Origin: Anaeromyces robustus
Lineage: Eukaryota
NCBI GenBank assembly: GCA_002104895.1
Contig: MCFG01000089.1
Span: 1 to 64,000 of the forward strand
Length of the DNA stretch: 64,000 bases
Direction: 5' to 3'
In this document: positions 50,159-63,878 of the stretch, in pieces
Numbering within the stretch: position 1 is the stretch's first letter
Layout of the letters: the number at the start of each line of letters is the position of its first letter
Notes under the pieces: model-generated
Databases searched by the model: none
Told to the model about the DNA's origin: nothing
The model's input: the letters and a program-made list of their open reading frames with translations, nothing else
Made by a program: the position numbers and the translations under genes

Positions 50159-52040
50159 AATAAGAATTATAATTTGAAAAGACAAAAATATTTTTTAATT
50201 ATTAATAGATATATTTAGTATACAATGAAAAAATTGGTTACATAATAATATATTTAAAGTTAATTCAAGTTGAATATATTTATTATATTTTCTTTTTCTT
50301 TTTCTTTTTTTTTTTTATTTTTAATTATTTATACATATTTTTATTTATTTATTTTTTACTTTTTTTTTTTATTTTTCAATAATTTTTTATTATTTCTTTT
50401 AACTTTTATATAAACCTTATTAATAGTAAGTATCTAGAAATTTAAAAATTTTAAAAATTTTTACTAAAAATATATTAATAAATATATATTTTTTCAATAT
50501 TTTTAAAATTGATGTTGACCAATTCTTATAATTAATATTATTATAAGAATTTATTAGAATTAGACTGTTTATACTCTGATTAATATTAAATGTCATTAAT
50601 TAATAATCATATTATAATAAATGTATATATATTTGTATAAATAATATACATAATTCAAATAATTGATTTTTATATGAATGTTAATTTTACTATAAAGGTT
50701 TATCAAACTATTAAGTGTAAAAAAATCTTGGTATAAATTTTGTATATATTCTTATATATACAAACTTTAATAAATAAAGCAATTCTATTTATATTCATAA
50801 CTATATATATATACTATTAATGACAAAAATATCAAAAAAAAAAAACTTATTTTTATAATTTTTTATTTTTTTTTCCGACTAATAAAATAAAGTAAAATAA
50901 CATGTAAAATAAAACATGTAATAAAATATAAAAAAATAAAATGGTGAAATAAAATATGTAATGAACTATATAAAAATAATATAAAGCAAAATAAAATAAG
51001 ATAAATAAAACATGTAATGAACTATATAAAAATAGAATAAAATAAAATAAAATAAAATGAAAGTAAAATGAAAGTAAAATAAAAGTAAAATAAAAGTAAA
51101 ATAAAATAAAATAGATGTAAAATGAATGTTAAATATAAAAAATAAATATAATATAATAAATTTATGGTATAATTTCATTTTTACATAACAAAACTAAATA
51201 GATAGTATTGATATATAAAATTATTTTTTATTGTAAATATTAATTTAAAATAATTATATAGAAATTGTTTTCTTATTTATAATTAATAATTACTATTATT
51301 TATATTTATCAATAAATTTTATAATTTTTATATAATTTATATATATATTTTTATATAGATTATACTACATTTTTAATTTTTAAAATTTATATATGAATTA
51401 TATAATATTTTTTATTAATTTTTTATTAAAAATTTGATCAATATAAAATATATATGATTAAATAATAATATGAATAAAAATATTTAAAATAATAATTATA
51501 AATGTTAGTTCAAATTAGTTAAAATTAAAATTCTTTTGAATATAATTATTTTTAATCTTTATTATTATTATTATTATAATATATAATGTAATAAATATTG
51601 ATAATCTTGCATTTAAAATACTTTAAAAAATCGTTCAACAAAAACCATAAAACCATTCTTGTTTATTTAATGTTTATTTAATTTAATGTACATATAAATT
51701 TTAATATATAATGATTTGATTTAATCTAAACACAAATTTTATAAATTTTATATAAAATTATTTTAATCATATCTGTCAAACATATTGTATATATATTTAT
51801 TTATTTATTTATATATTTATATATTTATATATTTATATATTATATATATATATTTATTTATTTATATATTTTATATTATATATATATATTTATTTATTTA
51901 TTCATTTATTTATTTATTTATTTATTTATTCATTCATTCATTTATTTATTTATTATTATTTTGGTACAAAACTTTATTATAAAAAATAATACTTTTCTTC
52001 ATATAATTTAATATCAAGAGATAATAAAAAAAAAAAAAGA

Positions 52041-53083
52041 ATGGTTCTAATAGAATTTATTAAAGCACAACTTCCAATATTACTGCAAGTTCTTGCTGCA
52101 TTATTTATATTATCTATTCTTTTAATTATAAAATCACCATCTTACTTTAAAGGTTCATTTTCAAGAAGTTATAATGCTTCAATTGAACGAATTTGGTTAA
52201 TTATCAGTGATCGTAACATCTTTCGTGAACATAGAAAAGCTTTAGAACTTGTTGATGATTTAACTGATAAAAATGATAAAAATGCTAAAAAAAAATGGAA
52301 AGGTATATAAGAAAATATATAAATTTATAATTTTTATGTTTATTTTATTTTTTTGTTTTTCAATATATATTTACTCCATATTTTTTAAAACAATAAACAA
52401 TTATATCTTGATATATTCAAATAGTAAAGCAATAAAATAATAAATAAATAAATAAATAAATAAATAATAATTACATATTTTTATATTAATATTTCTTTTT
52501 CTATTATAAAAAGAATATAGTGATAAAGGTTCTGGATATATTATTTATCAAATTAATAATTCAGTTGAAAATTCATTATTAGAAGTTGAAATGATTGAAT
52601 CTTCTTTCCATATGAGAGTAATTATAATATATTTAATTAATAATAAATAAAATTCTTTATTATTAAATTGATAAATGATATCACCATTGTAATTTTAAAA
52701 ATTTTACCATTATAAATAATTATTATTAGCATTTATTAAATAATTACCATTTAAACTAATTTGTTACTATTATTGAAAAAATTTTTAAACAATAATATAT
52801 AATAATTTATATTTTAAAGGCAAAATTTACATATAATATTTCTAAGGATCCTGATGATGATACTTTAACTTTAGTTACTGTCACTGAAGAATCAAATATT
52901 AATAATCTCGTAGTAAAAATTATCATGAGTATTGGTGGTCGGGGTAGTAATGCAAGAAGAGATCTTGAAATTATTGAGAATGAATTAAATCTTCAACATG
53001 AAGTTTATGAAGAATATAAAGCTAAATTAGAAAACGAAATTGCTGAAGAAGAAAAAGAAGCTCTTTCAAAGAAAGACAAATAA
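52041..53083 (+). CDS. SRPBCC/START-like (Bet v1 fold) protein with N-terminal membrane anchor and acidic C-terminal coiled coil (209 aa, 3 exons)
   Basis: Exons 52041-52302, 52514-52617 and 52820-53083 are in frame. TM LPILLQVLAALFILSILLII, then FKGSFSRSYNASIERIWLIISD...WKEYSDKGSGYIIYQI...LEVEMIESSFHMRAKFTYNI...TLVTVTEESNINNLVVKIIMSIGGRGSNARRDLE. Ends KKDK. Confidence 0.8.
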
Positions 53084-53164
53084 TTTTATAATAACAAAAG
53101 AAATACTTTTATGAAAATTAATAGATATAAATTATAAATATATAACACTAATATAAAGAATATA

Positions 53165-53231
<67 letters not shown>

Positions 53232-53922
53232 ATATATAAATAAATAAAAAATAAAAAAAATATTATATATTTATAACATATCATTTTTATAAAATGATAT
53301 GTATATATATATAATTTTATGTTTATCCATTTTTTTTGTTTTTAATTATTTTAAACTAAAACCACCATCGAAAAAAGAACATTTATTTTTTTTATTTATT
53401 ATTTTATTTATTATTATTTCTTCATATATATATATATATATATATAGTTTAAATTTAAAAAATAAATTAAAGTTTAATACAACTGTATTTTAGAAATAAA
53501 AAAAAGAATTTTTTCAAAAAATTCTTTGTTTAGATATATAATAAACTTTTTTACTAAGTTAATTAGAGATAGTATTTATATATTAAAACAGTATAATAAA
53601 TTATAAATTTATATCTTCGAGATTAAAATATAATTAATATTTCAAAAATATGAATAAGTTATATTAAAAGATAGACTTTTTTGTTTGTTTGTTCGTTTGT
53701 TTGTTTGTTTTTGAAATATTGCTTTATAATATTTTGTATGATAATATCAATTTTTTTATAAAAATCAATTGATTTCTAAATAATTTTTTATATGATAATA
53801 TTAATGCTAAATTATTTTATCATTTAAAAATGATTATTAAAGATTTATTATAATAACAAATGATAAAATGATCTGTATATTATAAAAAAAAAAAAGGGAA
53901 TAGGATATTTATTGATCGTTGT

Positions 53923-54962
53923 TTAAGCAAGATCAATATCATCTTGAAGTTTTTTATGACTAACAAGTTTTCTATTTCTATTCTTAAATTTTTGTATTCC
54001 AGCAAAAACGAATCCTATAAAACTCCATGCGATTACTAAACCGGAATAAAGAATATACCATTTTTTGTTAGTATCACGGTTAAGGAAAGGATAAACCCAA
54101 ATATTACTATTATTATTATATTTATATTTAAATTGTAATAATGAGTTAATTAGTTACTTATTATACTTAATAATAATAATAATAAAATAATAATAATATA
54201 TTATTGTCATTTCTATTTATTTATTCTATCTATAAAAATTAAAAAATATATAAAAGAAGTATAACTTACTAAATATAATAGTAAATTTGTGTATAAACTA
54301 AATAAGCAACACCAACTACAAACATTGGAATGAAATGACTGTAACCGGTTGGAATAGTAACTAAATACCAATCAATACCCATAAATACAGAATTGAGTAA
54401 ATGTTGTATAATATTTTCTGCCCAGTGAATAGGAGTGAAATAATATGTTTCTTGAGTTGGAAAAATTAAACCCCAAAAAATAACAGTAACAATAAAAGCA
54501 AGTGGGAATAGAACATTACAGAAAATATGATATATAGTATGAACAAAACTATTACTAATTTTACTATTTAATTTACCTTTAGCATCAAGTAAATAATTAA
54601 TAATACCAATCTATTTTTTTAACCGTAAAAAAATTAATTTAGAAATACATTTATATTTATTAATTATTAAACATATAAAAGTTTATTATAAAATATATTT
54701 TAAATAGTTTTTTTAGTAAACTTACCAAAAAATAAATGTATAAAGCAACAAAGGTTTGATTTGTGAAGTAACAGAACCATTGCCAACCTTGTTTTTTTGG
54801 ATTATGATGAATAGTAGTATAAACTGATCCTGGAATACCAAGTGTAAATATAAATAATGCGAACAATCTGAAGTAAAATAGACCTTTCTTTGAACCCTTG
54901 AATGGAGTTATAGTCTGATATAAATTAAACTTATCTGATACAAAAAAAGATTCGAACGACAT
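53923..54962 (-). CDS. FAR-17a/AIG1/rolling-stone-like multipass membrane protein, paralog A (253 aa)
   Basis: Exons 54962-54726, 54610-54270 and 54106-53923. Motifs YFTNQT, VTVIFWGL, QHLLNSVFMGID, WVYPFLN. Confidence 0.85.
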
Positions 54963-56558
54963 TTTGTATATTACTAATATCTTTAATTTTTATTACGAAT
55001 ATTATTAATATAATATTTTATTATTTGTTTTTCTATTATTTATTTTAATGTTTTTCTTTTTTCTTTTTTTTAATTTTTAAATAAAAAATATTTGCTTTTA
55101 CTTTTAAATATTTTTTTACTTAAAAAGCAAATTTTATATCTATATTTTTTTTTTCTTATTATCTTTATTTTTATTATTTATTTTATTTATTATTTTTACT
55201 TATTTTTATTATTTATTTTTATTATTTATTTCTTTGTTAGAAAAAACTTCTTTTTTATCTAATAAAAAGAAGTAAATTTAACTTTTAAAAAATTTAAAAT
55301 AAAAAAATTCGCAGCAATAATAGATATTTATATATAAAAAAAAAAAAAATATTAAATTTTAAGGGTTTCCAAAAAAGAAAACATAAACACATTAAAAAAA
55401 TATATTAAAATTTCATAATAAATAAAGTTCATTAATCATATTTAATATTATTATTATTATTATTATTATTATTATCTTTTTTTTTTTTTTTTTTTTTTTT
55501 TAATTTTTAATAACTTTATTATTTATTATATTTTATTTATTATATATTATATTATATTTTATATTATTCTTATTGTTATAATAAATTATTATTAATTATT
55601 ATTATTATTTAATTATTTGTTTTTGTTTTTTTTTTTAAAAATTACTTAATAAAATATTTAATTAATATTATATTAAAACAATATTAAACAATATATATAC
55701 AAATATATATACAATATTAAATTATTATATATTCACAATGAATTGAAAATTAAATTGTTCCAAGTTTTAGATTTCATATCATGATATCCATGAAATTTTT
55801 TGACTTTAAAATATGGCTTGATGACTTTTTTTGATTCATTATAATATTCATATTTTAATTAATGTATACATTATATATAAATATATTCAAAATAATAAAT
55901 AAATAAAACAAAACTTAAATCATAATAAATTAATTAAAAAAAAATAAAATATTCCTTTGAAAAATGTTATATTAAATAAAAATACTTTAAAATTTAATAA
56001 TTATACTTTTTTTTTAAAAAAAAATTATTTTAAAATAAAAACTATTTTTCCTTGTTTATTTTTAAAAAATATAATTATTATATTTTAAAAAACAATAATT
56101 AAAAAATAATAATAAAAAAACAATATTTTTTACATTAGTAGTATATTTTATTAAAAATAAATAAAATAAATTATAATTTTAATTACATGTTAATATTGTA
56201 TATTATAAATATGTTTTTTTTTTTTCATAATGATAAATAATGAAACAATAAATTAATGAATTTTATGTTGGAATAATAATTTTTTTTTATATATTTCATA
56301 GTTAATAAACTACTAAAAATAATCTAATATATTATTATTGTAATTGACTATTATCATTATTACTATTAATATATATATTTTTGTTTAAAACTTAAATATA
56401 ATTTGAATATCTATATATGTTTAGATATCATTATAATTGTTTTATTAATAATATTTTTTTTTCTTTATATTTATTTTTAGGAATATAATAAATTATATTT
56501 CAAAAATTAATAATCTTAGTTAAATTCATTATTTGTATAGTTATTAGATTTTGTTTGA

Positions 56559-57644
56559 TTATACAAGTTCAATATCTACAACAACTTTATTATCATTAGT
56601 ATTACTAGTATTTTCTTCACCAATAAATTTTCTATTTTTGTTTTTAAAATTTTGCAATAATGAAAATAAAAACCCAAAAGCACTCCAAGCTATGACTAAG
56701 CCTCCATATAATAAATACCATTTACTATTACTATCACGATCAAGAAAACCGTAAATCCAAATATCACTAAAATATTAAATAAATAATTAATATTTATTAA
56801 TTATTTAATTACTGAAAAATACAAATATTATTTTCAGTAATTAAAAAAAAATTTTTTTATATTTATTAAACATTTTAAATATGTTTTTTTTACTTAATCA
56901 ATAAAGAAAAAAAAAATATTATATACTTACTAAATTGCATGATATATTTGAGAAAAAATTAAATATGCAACGCCAGCAACAAACATTGGTATGAAATGAG
57001 CAAAACTTGATGGAATTGTTAGGAAAAACCAATCAATAGACATTAATATAGAATTAAATAAATGTTGAATAATTTCTTGTAGCCAGTGATTTATTTTAAA
57101 ATGTGATCTATCCATAAATGGGAACATTAAACCCCAAAAAACAGCGGTAATAATTATAGCAAGTGGAAAAAGAATATTATAATAAATATGAACCAATGTA
57201 TGAAGAATACTGTTATTAATTCTTCCTGTTAATTTACCTTTAGCATCACGAAAATAATTAATAATACCGACCTAATTACAAATGAAAAATAAAAAAAAAT
57301 ATTATTAACTATAATCAAATAATTATTTCTCATATTCTCATTTTTCTAATATTTTTAGAATTTTAATTAAATTATTTTTTTCTATTTTTTAAAAAAAAAA
57401 TAATTACTGTAAAGTATATCATAACTGCAGTATAATTTTGATTTGTAAAATATGCAAACCAAATCCAATAATCTTCATTTGGATTATGATTAATTGTACT
57501 ATAAATTGAGGCATACAAACCATATAATAATATCAACAAAGCAATAATTCTATATATAAGTAACCCTTTTTTTGTACCCTTATATGGAGTTATAGTTTGA
57601 AATAAATTAAATTTATCTGAGGCAAAAAGGGTTTCAATAGACAT
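56559..57644 (-). CDS. FAR-17a/AIG1/rolling-stone-like multipass membrane protein, paralog B (261 aa)
   Basis: Exons 57644-57408, 57271-56931 and 56766-56559. Motifs YFTNQN, ITAVFWGL, QHLFNSILMSID, WIYGFLD. Confidence 0.85.
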
Positions 57645-58209
57645 TATAGTATATATATATTATTTTTCTTAATTAAAAATATAAAAGAATAAAAAAAAAA
57701 ATTAACAGTATAGTTTTCATACATAATAATAAAATATTTATTAATTTAATTAAATAACTTTTTTTTAATAGTTTTAATATTTTTTTTTTAAATTTTTATT
57801 AATAATATTTTGATATTAACAAGAAATTCTATTTATAAAAATTAAGATTTACGAGTAATTGAAAAATCATAAGCTTTCAATACTAAAAATTATTTTAATT
57901 AACATATTATAATTTTTTTAAAATTTAAAATTTTCAAAATTTTTAATTATATTAATTTTTAAGATTTAAAAATTTTTTTTAATAATAATATTAAGATTCA
58001 TTTCTTTCTAAAAAACAAAAAAGCAAGCCACAACAAAGATTATTATTTAATTTCGATTATAATTAATAAACAATTAAATTTTATTGTTCAATATTTAATT
58101 TTCATAATTATTTTTAAACAAATTACAAACAAAAAAATAAAATATAGGTCTATATAAATTAAATTATGTAAATAAATAATAATAATAATAAATAACAATA
58201 AATAACAAT

Positions 58210-58210
58210 A

Positions 58211-58264
<54 letters not shown>

Positions 58265-58277
58265 CAATAATAATAAC

Positions 58278-58361
<84 letters not shown>

Positions 58362-58395
58362 TAAATAATAAATAATAATAATAATAATAATAATA

Positions 58396-58430
<35 letters not shown>
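58210..58430. repeat. Imperfect (AAT)n microsatellite
   Basis: Long AAT run with occasional AAC/AAAT interruptions. Confidence 0.9.
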
Positions 58431-58432
<2 letters not shown>

Positions 58433-59045
58433 TATATTATTATAAATTTTAATATTAATTATTATTATTATTAATTTTTATTATTATTATTATTAGTATT
58501 AGTATTAGTATTAGTATTATTTCACAAACACGATAAATTAATTTAAACATATTTTATATGAATATGTAAAACAATTAGGGCCAAGTTATTAATAAATTTA
58601 TTATATAACATATATAATTTCTCATAAAATAATTGTGAAAAAACTTTTTTAAAAAAAAGGATTATCTATAATATTCTAATAATCATATTATTATAAAGTT
58701 ATATTAATTATTATTCATTTTTTATATACTTCCATTATTTAATTTTTTTTTATAGAAAATATAAAAATAAAAAAGAAACAATTTTAATTTTATTTTATTA
58801 TAATTAGGTAGATTTGAACCTTCTTTTCTTATATTACTGGGGATAAAAATTTAAATTTTTTTAAAAAATTTTAAAAACTCAAAACTTTTAAAGATATTAT
58901 TATTAAATAGTTCATATAATCATATAAAAGATACATAATTTTTTTAAAATAAAAAGTGTAATTATTACTACTTTTATTATTATTATGATTATTTTTATTA
59001 TTTTATTTAATTATTAAATTTTTTTTTATATTAATTATTAAATAT

Positions 59046-59292
59046 TTTTTTATATTAATTATTAAATATTGCTATAATTTTTTATAAGTTTTATTAACTA
59101 TTTATAATGAATAATAATATTTATTCATTATAAATTTTTAAATAATTTTTATAATTATTTTTATTATTTTATTAAATTACTAAATACTTTTTTATATTAA
59201 TTATTAAGCATTGCTATAATTTTAAAAGTTTTATTAACTATTTATAATGAATAATAATATTTATCCATTATAAATTTTTAAATAATTTTTTT
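59046..59292. repeat. ~105 bp near-identical direct repeat, two copies ~140 bp apart
   Basis: tatattaattattaa..attgctataatttt..aagttttattaactatttataatgaataataatatttat.cattataaatttttaaataattttt at ~59046-59150 and ~59188-59292. Confidence 0.85.
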
Positions 59293-59568
59293 AACATAAT
59301 TATTATTCTATATTATGTGAAATATATATAAATTCATTTATTTGAAACATATTTATAGTTTAATGTATTATTATATTAATAGCTCAATTTTTATAAGTTT
59401 TTTTTTATTAATTATCATAATACTATTCTTTTATATAAATATATATTCAAATGAATTGAATGAAGATAGTTTTAAAATGGTTTAAATGAAAAAAAAAAAT
59501 CATTTTTAAAGTATAGTTGTTATTTAATTTATAAATTTGTATAATTAAAGAAATTCTTATTATTGATT

Positions 59569-60590
59569 CTAAACATTGTATGTATCAACTTTGTTTATAT
59601 CAATATCTGTAACATGTGTTCTATGTCTGTTTTTAAAGTTCTGAATATATGAAAATATTAAACCGAATAAAGTCCAGAATAATATAACACCAGTGTATAT
59701 TATATACCAGTTAGAATTATCAGTATTAAGGAATTTGTAAACCCAATGGTCACTAAAATTTTTTAAAAAATAATTAATAATTATTAATTATATAATTAAG
59801 TAATTAGTTTTATGCTTATACATTTATTGATATATTTAAAAAAAAAATTATATAAAATAAAATTGAATTAATATATTCATAAATAAATACTTACTAAACA
59901 TAATGATATATTTGAACGAATATTAAATATAAAACACCAACTAAAAAAGTTGGAATGAAATGAGATGGTTTTGATGGAACTGTTATAAGATACCAATCAA
60001 TACCTAAGAAAACACTTTGAAGAATATGTTGTACAGCTTGTTGAGAGTAATGAATAAAATTATAATAGAATGTTTGTAAATTTGGTAACATTAAACCACA
60101 GAAAATAACAGTAACAATAGCGGCAAGTGGAAACATCATATTATAAAATATATGTATTATAGTATGAATAAAGGAATTATTTACTCTTGATTTTAAAAGA
60201 CCTTTATTATCTTTAAGATGTAAATAAATAGTTGACTATATATATATATATAAAAATTAAATAAAAGGAAGTAATAATATTAATATATTTATACTAGTAC
60301 TTTTGATAATAATATATAAATGATTATTATTATAAAAAAATAAAAATTCTTACAGCAAAGTATATCATAATACCGAAATAGGTTTGATTAGTAAAGAAAG
60401 CGAAATATACTCTTCTTGTATCATTGGGATTTGGATTATAATAAACATATATTGAAGTGAATAAACCATAACATAAAATAATAAAAACAATTATTCTGTA
60501 ATATAATAAAAATTTCTTTGAACCCTTATATGGGGTTATCATTTGATATAAATTAAAGATATTAGAACCAAAAAATGTTTCAAATGACAT
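59569..60590 (-). CDS. FAR-17a/AIG1/rolling-stone-like multipass membrane protein, paralog C (253 aa)
   Basis: Exons 60590-60354, 60235-59895 and 59752-59569. Motifs FFTNQT, VTVIFCGL, QHILQSVFLGID, WVYKFLN. Confidence 0.85.
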
Positions 60591-61762
60591 TTTTGAATTT
60601 ATATATATTTATATGATTTAAAATAATGTTTTAATTTTATATTTATTTGAATATTTTTATTATTTTATATTGTTTTTCTTTTATTTTATTCTTTTATTTT
60701 ATTTTATTTTATTTTATTATATTTTGTTTTATTCTATTTTAATTTATTTTATTATATTATATATATTTTGTTTTATTCTATTTATTTCAAATATAATAAT
60801 TTAGTTTAGTTTTAATACTAAACTTTTTATATTATTATATTTTTGATCTGAAAGTATAATTTTAAAATTAAGTACTCTTAATTTTAGTATATTACTTAAA
60901 GCTATTGTTTTAATATACTTATTTTTTATTAAAGGAATAAGAAGAAAAAGAAAATTTAAAGAAAAAAAAGAAAGAAAATTATTTTCTTTTTTATTTCTTT
61001 TTTATTTTTTTTTAAAAAAAAAAAAAAAAAAAAATAAGAAATGTTTTAATTAAAATTAAATTATAAGATTCATATATTCAGAACTCTATCAATTAATGAA
61101 GCTATTATTATATTATAATTAAAATGATATGGAAGTTATTACCAAAAATAGAAAGTTTATTATTTATTTAATTAATTATTATTTATTTATTTAATTATTA
61201 ATTATAATTTATTAATATTGTATTTTCCCATTTATTTATTTATTTATTTATATTTATTATTATAAGTTTTTAGTTGTAGTATTTATGCTATTATATTATT
61301 TTATATGATTATTTATATTATCACCTTTTATTCATAAATATTATTCTAAATTGTTTTATTTATTTTATATTAAATAATAAATAATTTGCTTAATAGTTAA
61401 TATAAAATTATTATATTAATTAGTTTTTTAGATTTAATAAAAATTAAATTATTATTTTTATTTTTAAAAAAAAATTAATAAAATATATTAAAATTAATTA
61501 AAAATAAATATTATTCCTATAATATAAATATAAATATCTTTTTATATTAGCATTATACTTTATTATATTTATTTCAATATAATCTATTTAATTATTAACA
61601 ATATTATTTATTTAAATATAACTTTCACGTCGTACAACAATTAAAAACCAAATTGAATTAATTTTCTTTTCTTTGTTATAGAAAAAAAAAAAAAAAAAAT
61701 AAATGGGATAAAAAAAATAGAATAATAATAAAATAAAACATCAAAATAAATAATTAATCTAC

Positions 61763-61817
<55 letters not shown>

Positions 61818-61834
61818 TAATAATGATAATAATG

Positions 61835-61868
<34 letters not shown>

Positions 61869-62759
61869 TAATAATAATAATAATAAATGAAAATAAAATA
61901 TTATTATTATTTATTTTGAGTAAAAGGTTAAATAGAAATTATAATTCATTTTTTTTTATTAAATAAAAAAAAAATTAAAATTTTATAAATAATAATTATA
62001 TATATTATTATTAATGGATTAATGTAAGGCGCAGATAATAATACATATATTTTGTAGTATAAATATATGTATACTTTTTATAAATTTATTATACATCAAC
62101 ATAAAAAATATTAAATTATTAAATAAAAAATATTAATAAATAAGGTTTATTCCATTGTTTTTTTTTTCCTTTAAAATTTGTGTTTAAAAAATGGAAAATT
62201 TATAATTAAATTTTTTTTTAACCAATATATTTAATTATTTCATTAAAATCTTTATTACACAATAAATATTATTAATATAATAAATAAATTTTGTGCAATG
62301 AAAAAATATATTCGTGTAACATTATTTATTAATATATATAAAATATAGTTTATAGTTTATGATAAAAATTATAATTTTTAAATTTATAATATATTTAGTA
62401 TTTTAATTTTTAATTTTTAAAACATATCATATTAAAATTAATTATACTAATGAAATTATATTAAATTTATTGTATTATATAACTTAAGATTAATATTATA
62501 TATGTAAAATAATATTATATATTATTAATTTGTATATATGTATTTGTAATAAATTTAATATATATATTTTGTAAATTTATTTTTTATGTATTAATTTATA
62601 TAATCATTAATAAAAATCATTTTTTAATTTGTATTTAATGTTTATTTATATATATATATTTTTTTAGACTAGGATTAATCTTTATTTAAAATTATAAATT
62701 TAAATTAAATATACTTGTATATATATTACATTAAAGAAAGAAATATATAATACATGAAA

Positions 62760-63303
62760 TGTAAATTAAATACAAGTAATAAAAGATACAAGAAATAAAT
62801 AAAATTTATTACAGAAAAATATTAAATAAATAAATAAACTTCTAACCTCTTCTCTCCCATTCAACGAATGAGATGTTATTCGAATCCGTATCGGAATAAA
62901 TTCCATGCCTTATCTTTTCGACGTCGACGCCGCCCTTGAAGCCTCCAAGAGTGTTCTTATTGTTAATATATCAATTGAGAAGAATCCAAAAGGATATATT
63001 TATAATTAGCATAATAACAGGAACAGGAGACTCGGATGAACTTTTGATAAGTTGTTCATGCCAACTAACTCTATTCCCTAATAATATAATAAACACGAAA
63101 GGAAAATAAACAAGGAATAAAAAGAAAATAAGACCTAAATGAATAGTACATTTATAAAAGACATACTTATTATATATAAAAAAGATTAAAGAATCCACTA
63201 ATATATATATATTACATATAGTAAATTCTTTGGTAACAATATGTTAGATACAATTGTGCCGTCATTCATATATGTAATGTTTATATATATCCCAGTAATA
63301 ACA
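62760..63303. mobile_element. Possible solo LTR or transposon remnant (alternatively an ncRNA)
   Basis: Non-microsatellite, CpG-rich island (29/60 G+C at 62881-62940) in near-pure AT DNA. It can be bounded by TGT (62760) and ACA (63303); no clean target-site duplication (tgaaa vs tcaat). Confidence 0.35.
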
Positions 63304-63840
63304 TCAATATTACTTGTAAATAATAGTATAAAAAAAAATATGTAATAAATAAATTTTAATTAAATAAAAATATTTAAAAAAAATTAATATGTACAGTTTA
63401 CAATATCATGAAAGATATCACAAATATGTTAATAAATTTGTGTTTTATTATCAAATTATGATAATTATTTTTTTTTTTGTTTTGTTTTAAAATTTATTTA
63501 TTAAATATTTAATACTTTTTTTTTTTAATTAAATATATATTTATATTAATTAGTTAGTACTATAAAATATAATCTATTAATAATATTACATATATTATTT
63601 TACTATTATATTAAATTAATTAGATTTACTATATATATATATATAACCTATTAGTATTACATATATATATATTTTTTCTCTTAATTCCTTAATTATTATT
63701 ATTGATTGTTTTTTTTTTTTAATTAATATATTATACTATAATACTATTAGTTTTATATACCTATTAGTATTATAAATTTTTTTATTTTAGTTTCATTATT
63801 AAAAAACTTTTTTTTTTATTTTTTTTATTATTATTTATCT

Positions 63841-63878
<38 letters not shown>

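Noticed and set aside
50521..50551. 12 bp perfect inverted repeat (similar ones near 55246 and 55771)
   Set aside because: Almost all A/T; such palindromes are expected at this base composition and have no supporting context.
62841..62850. CTAACC as a telomerase RNA template
   Set aside because: Only 6 nt; it does not extend to the ~1.5 TTAGGG-complementary repeats a template needs.
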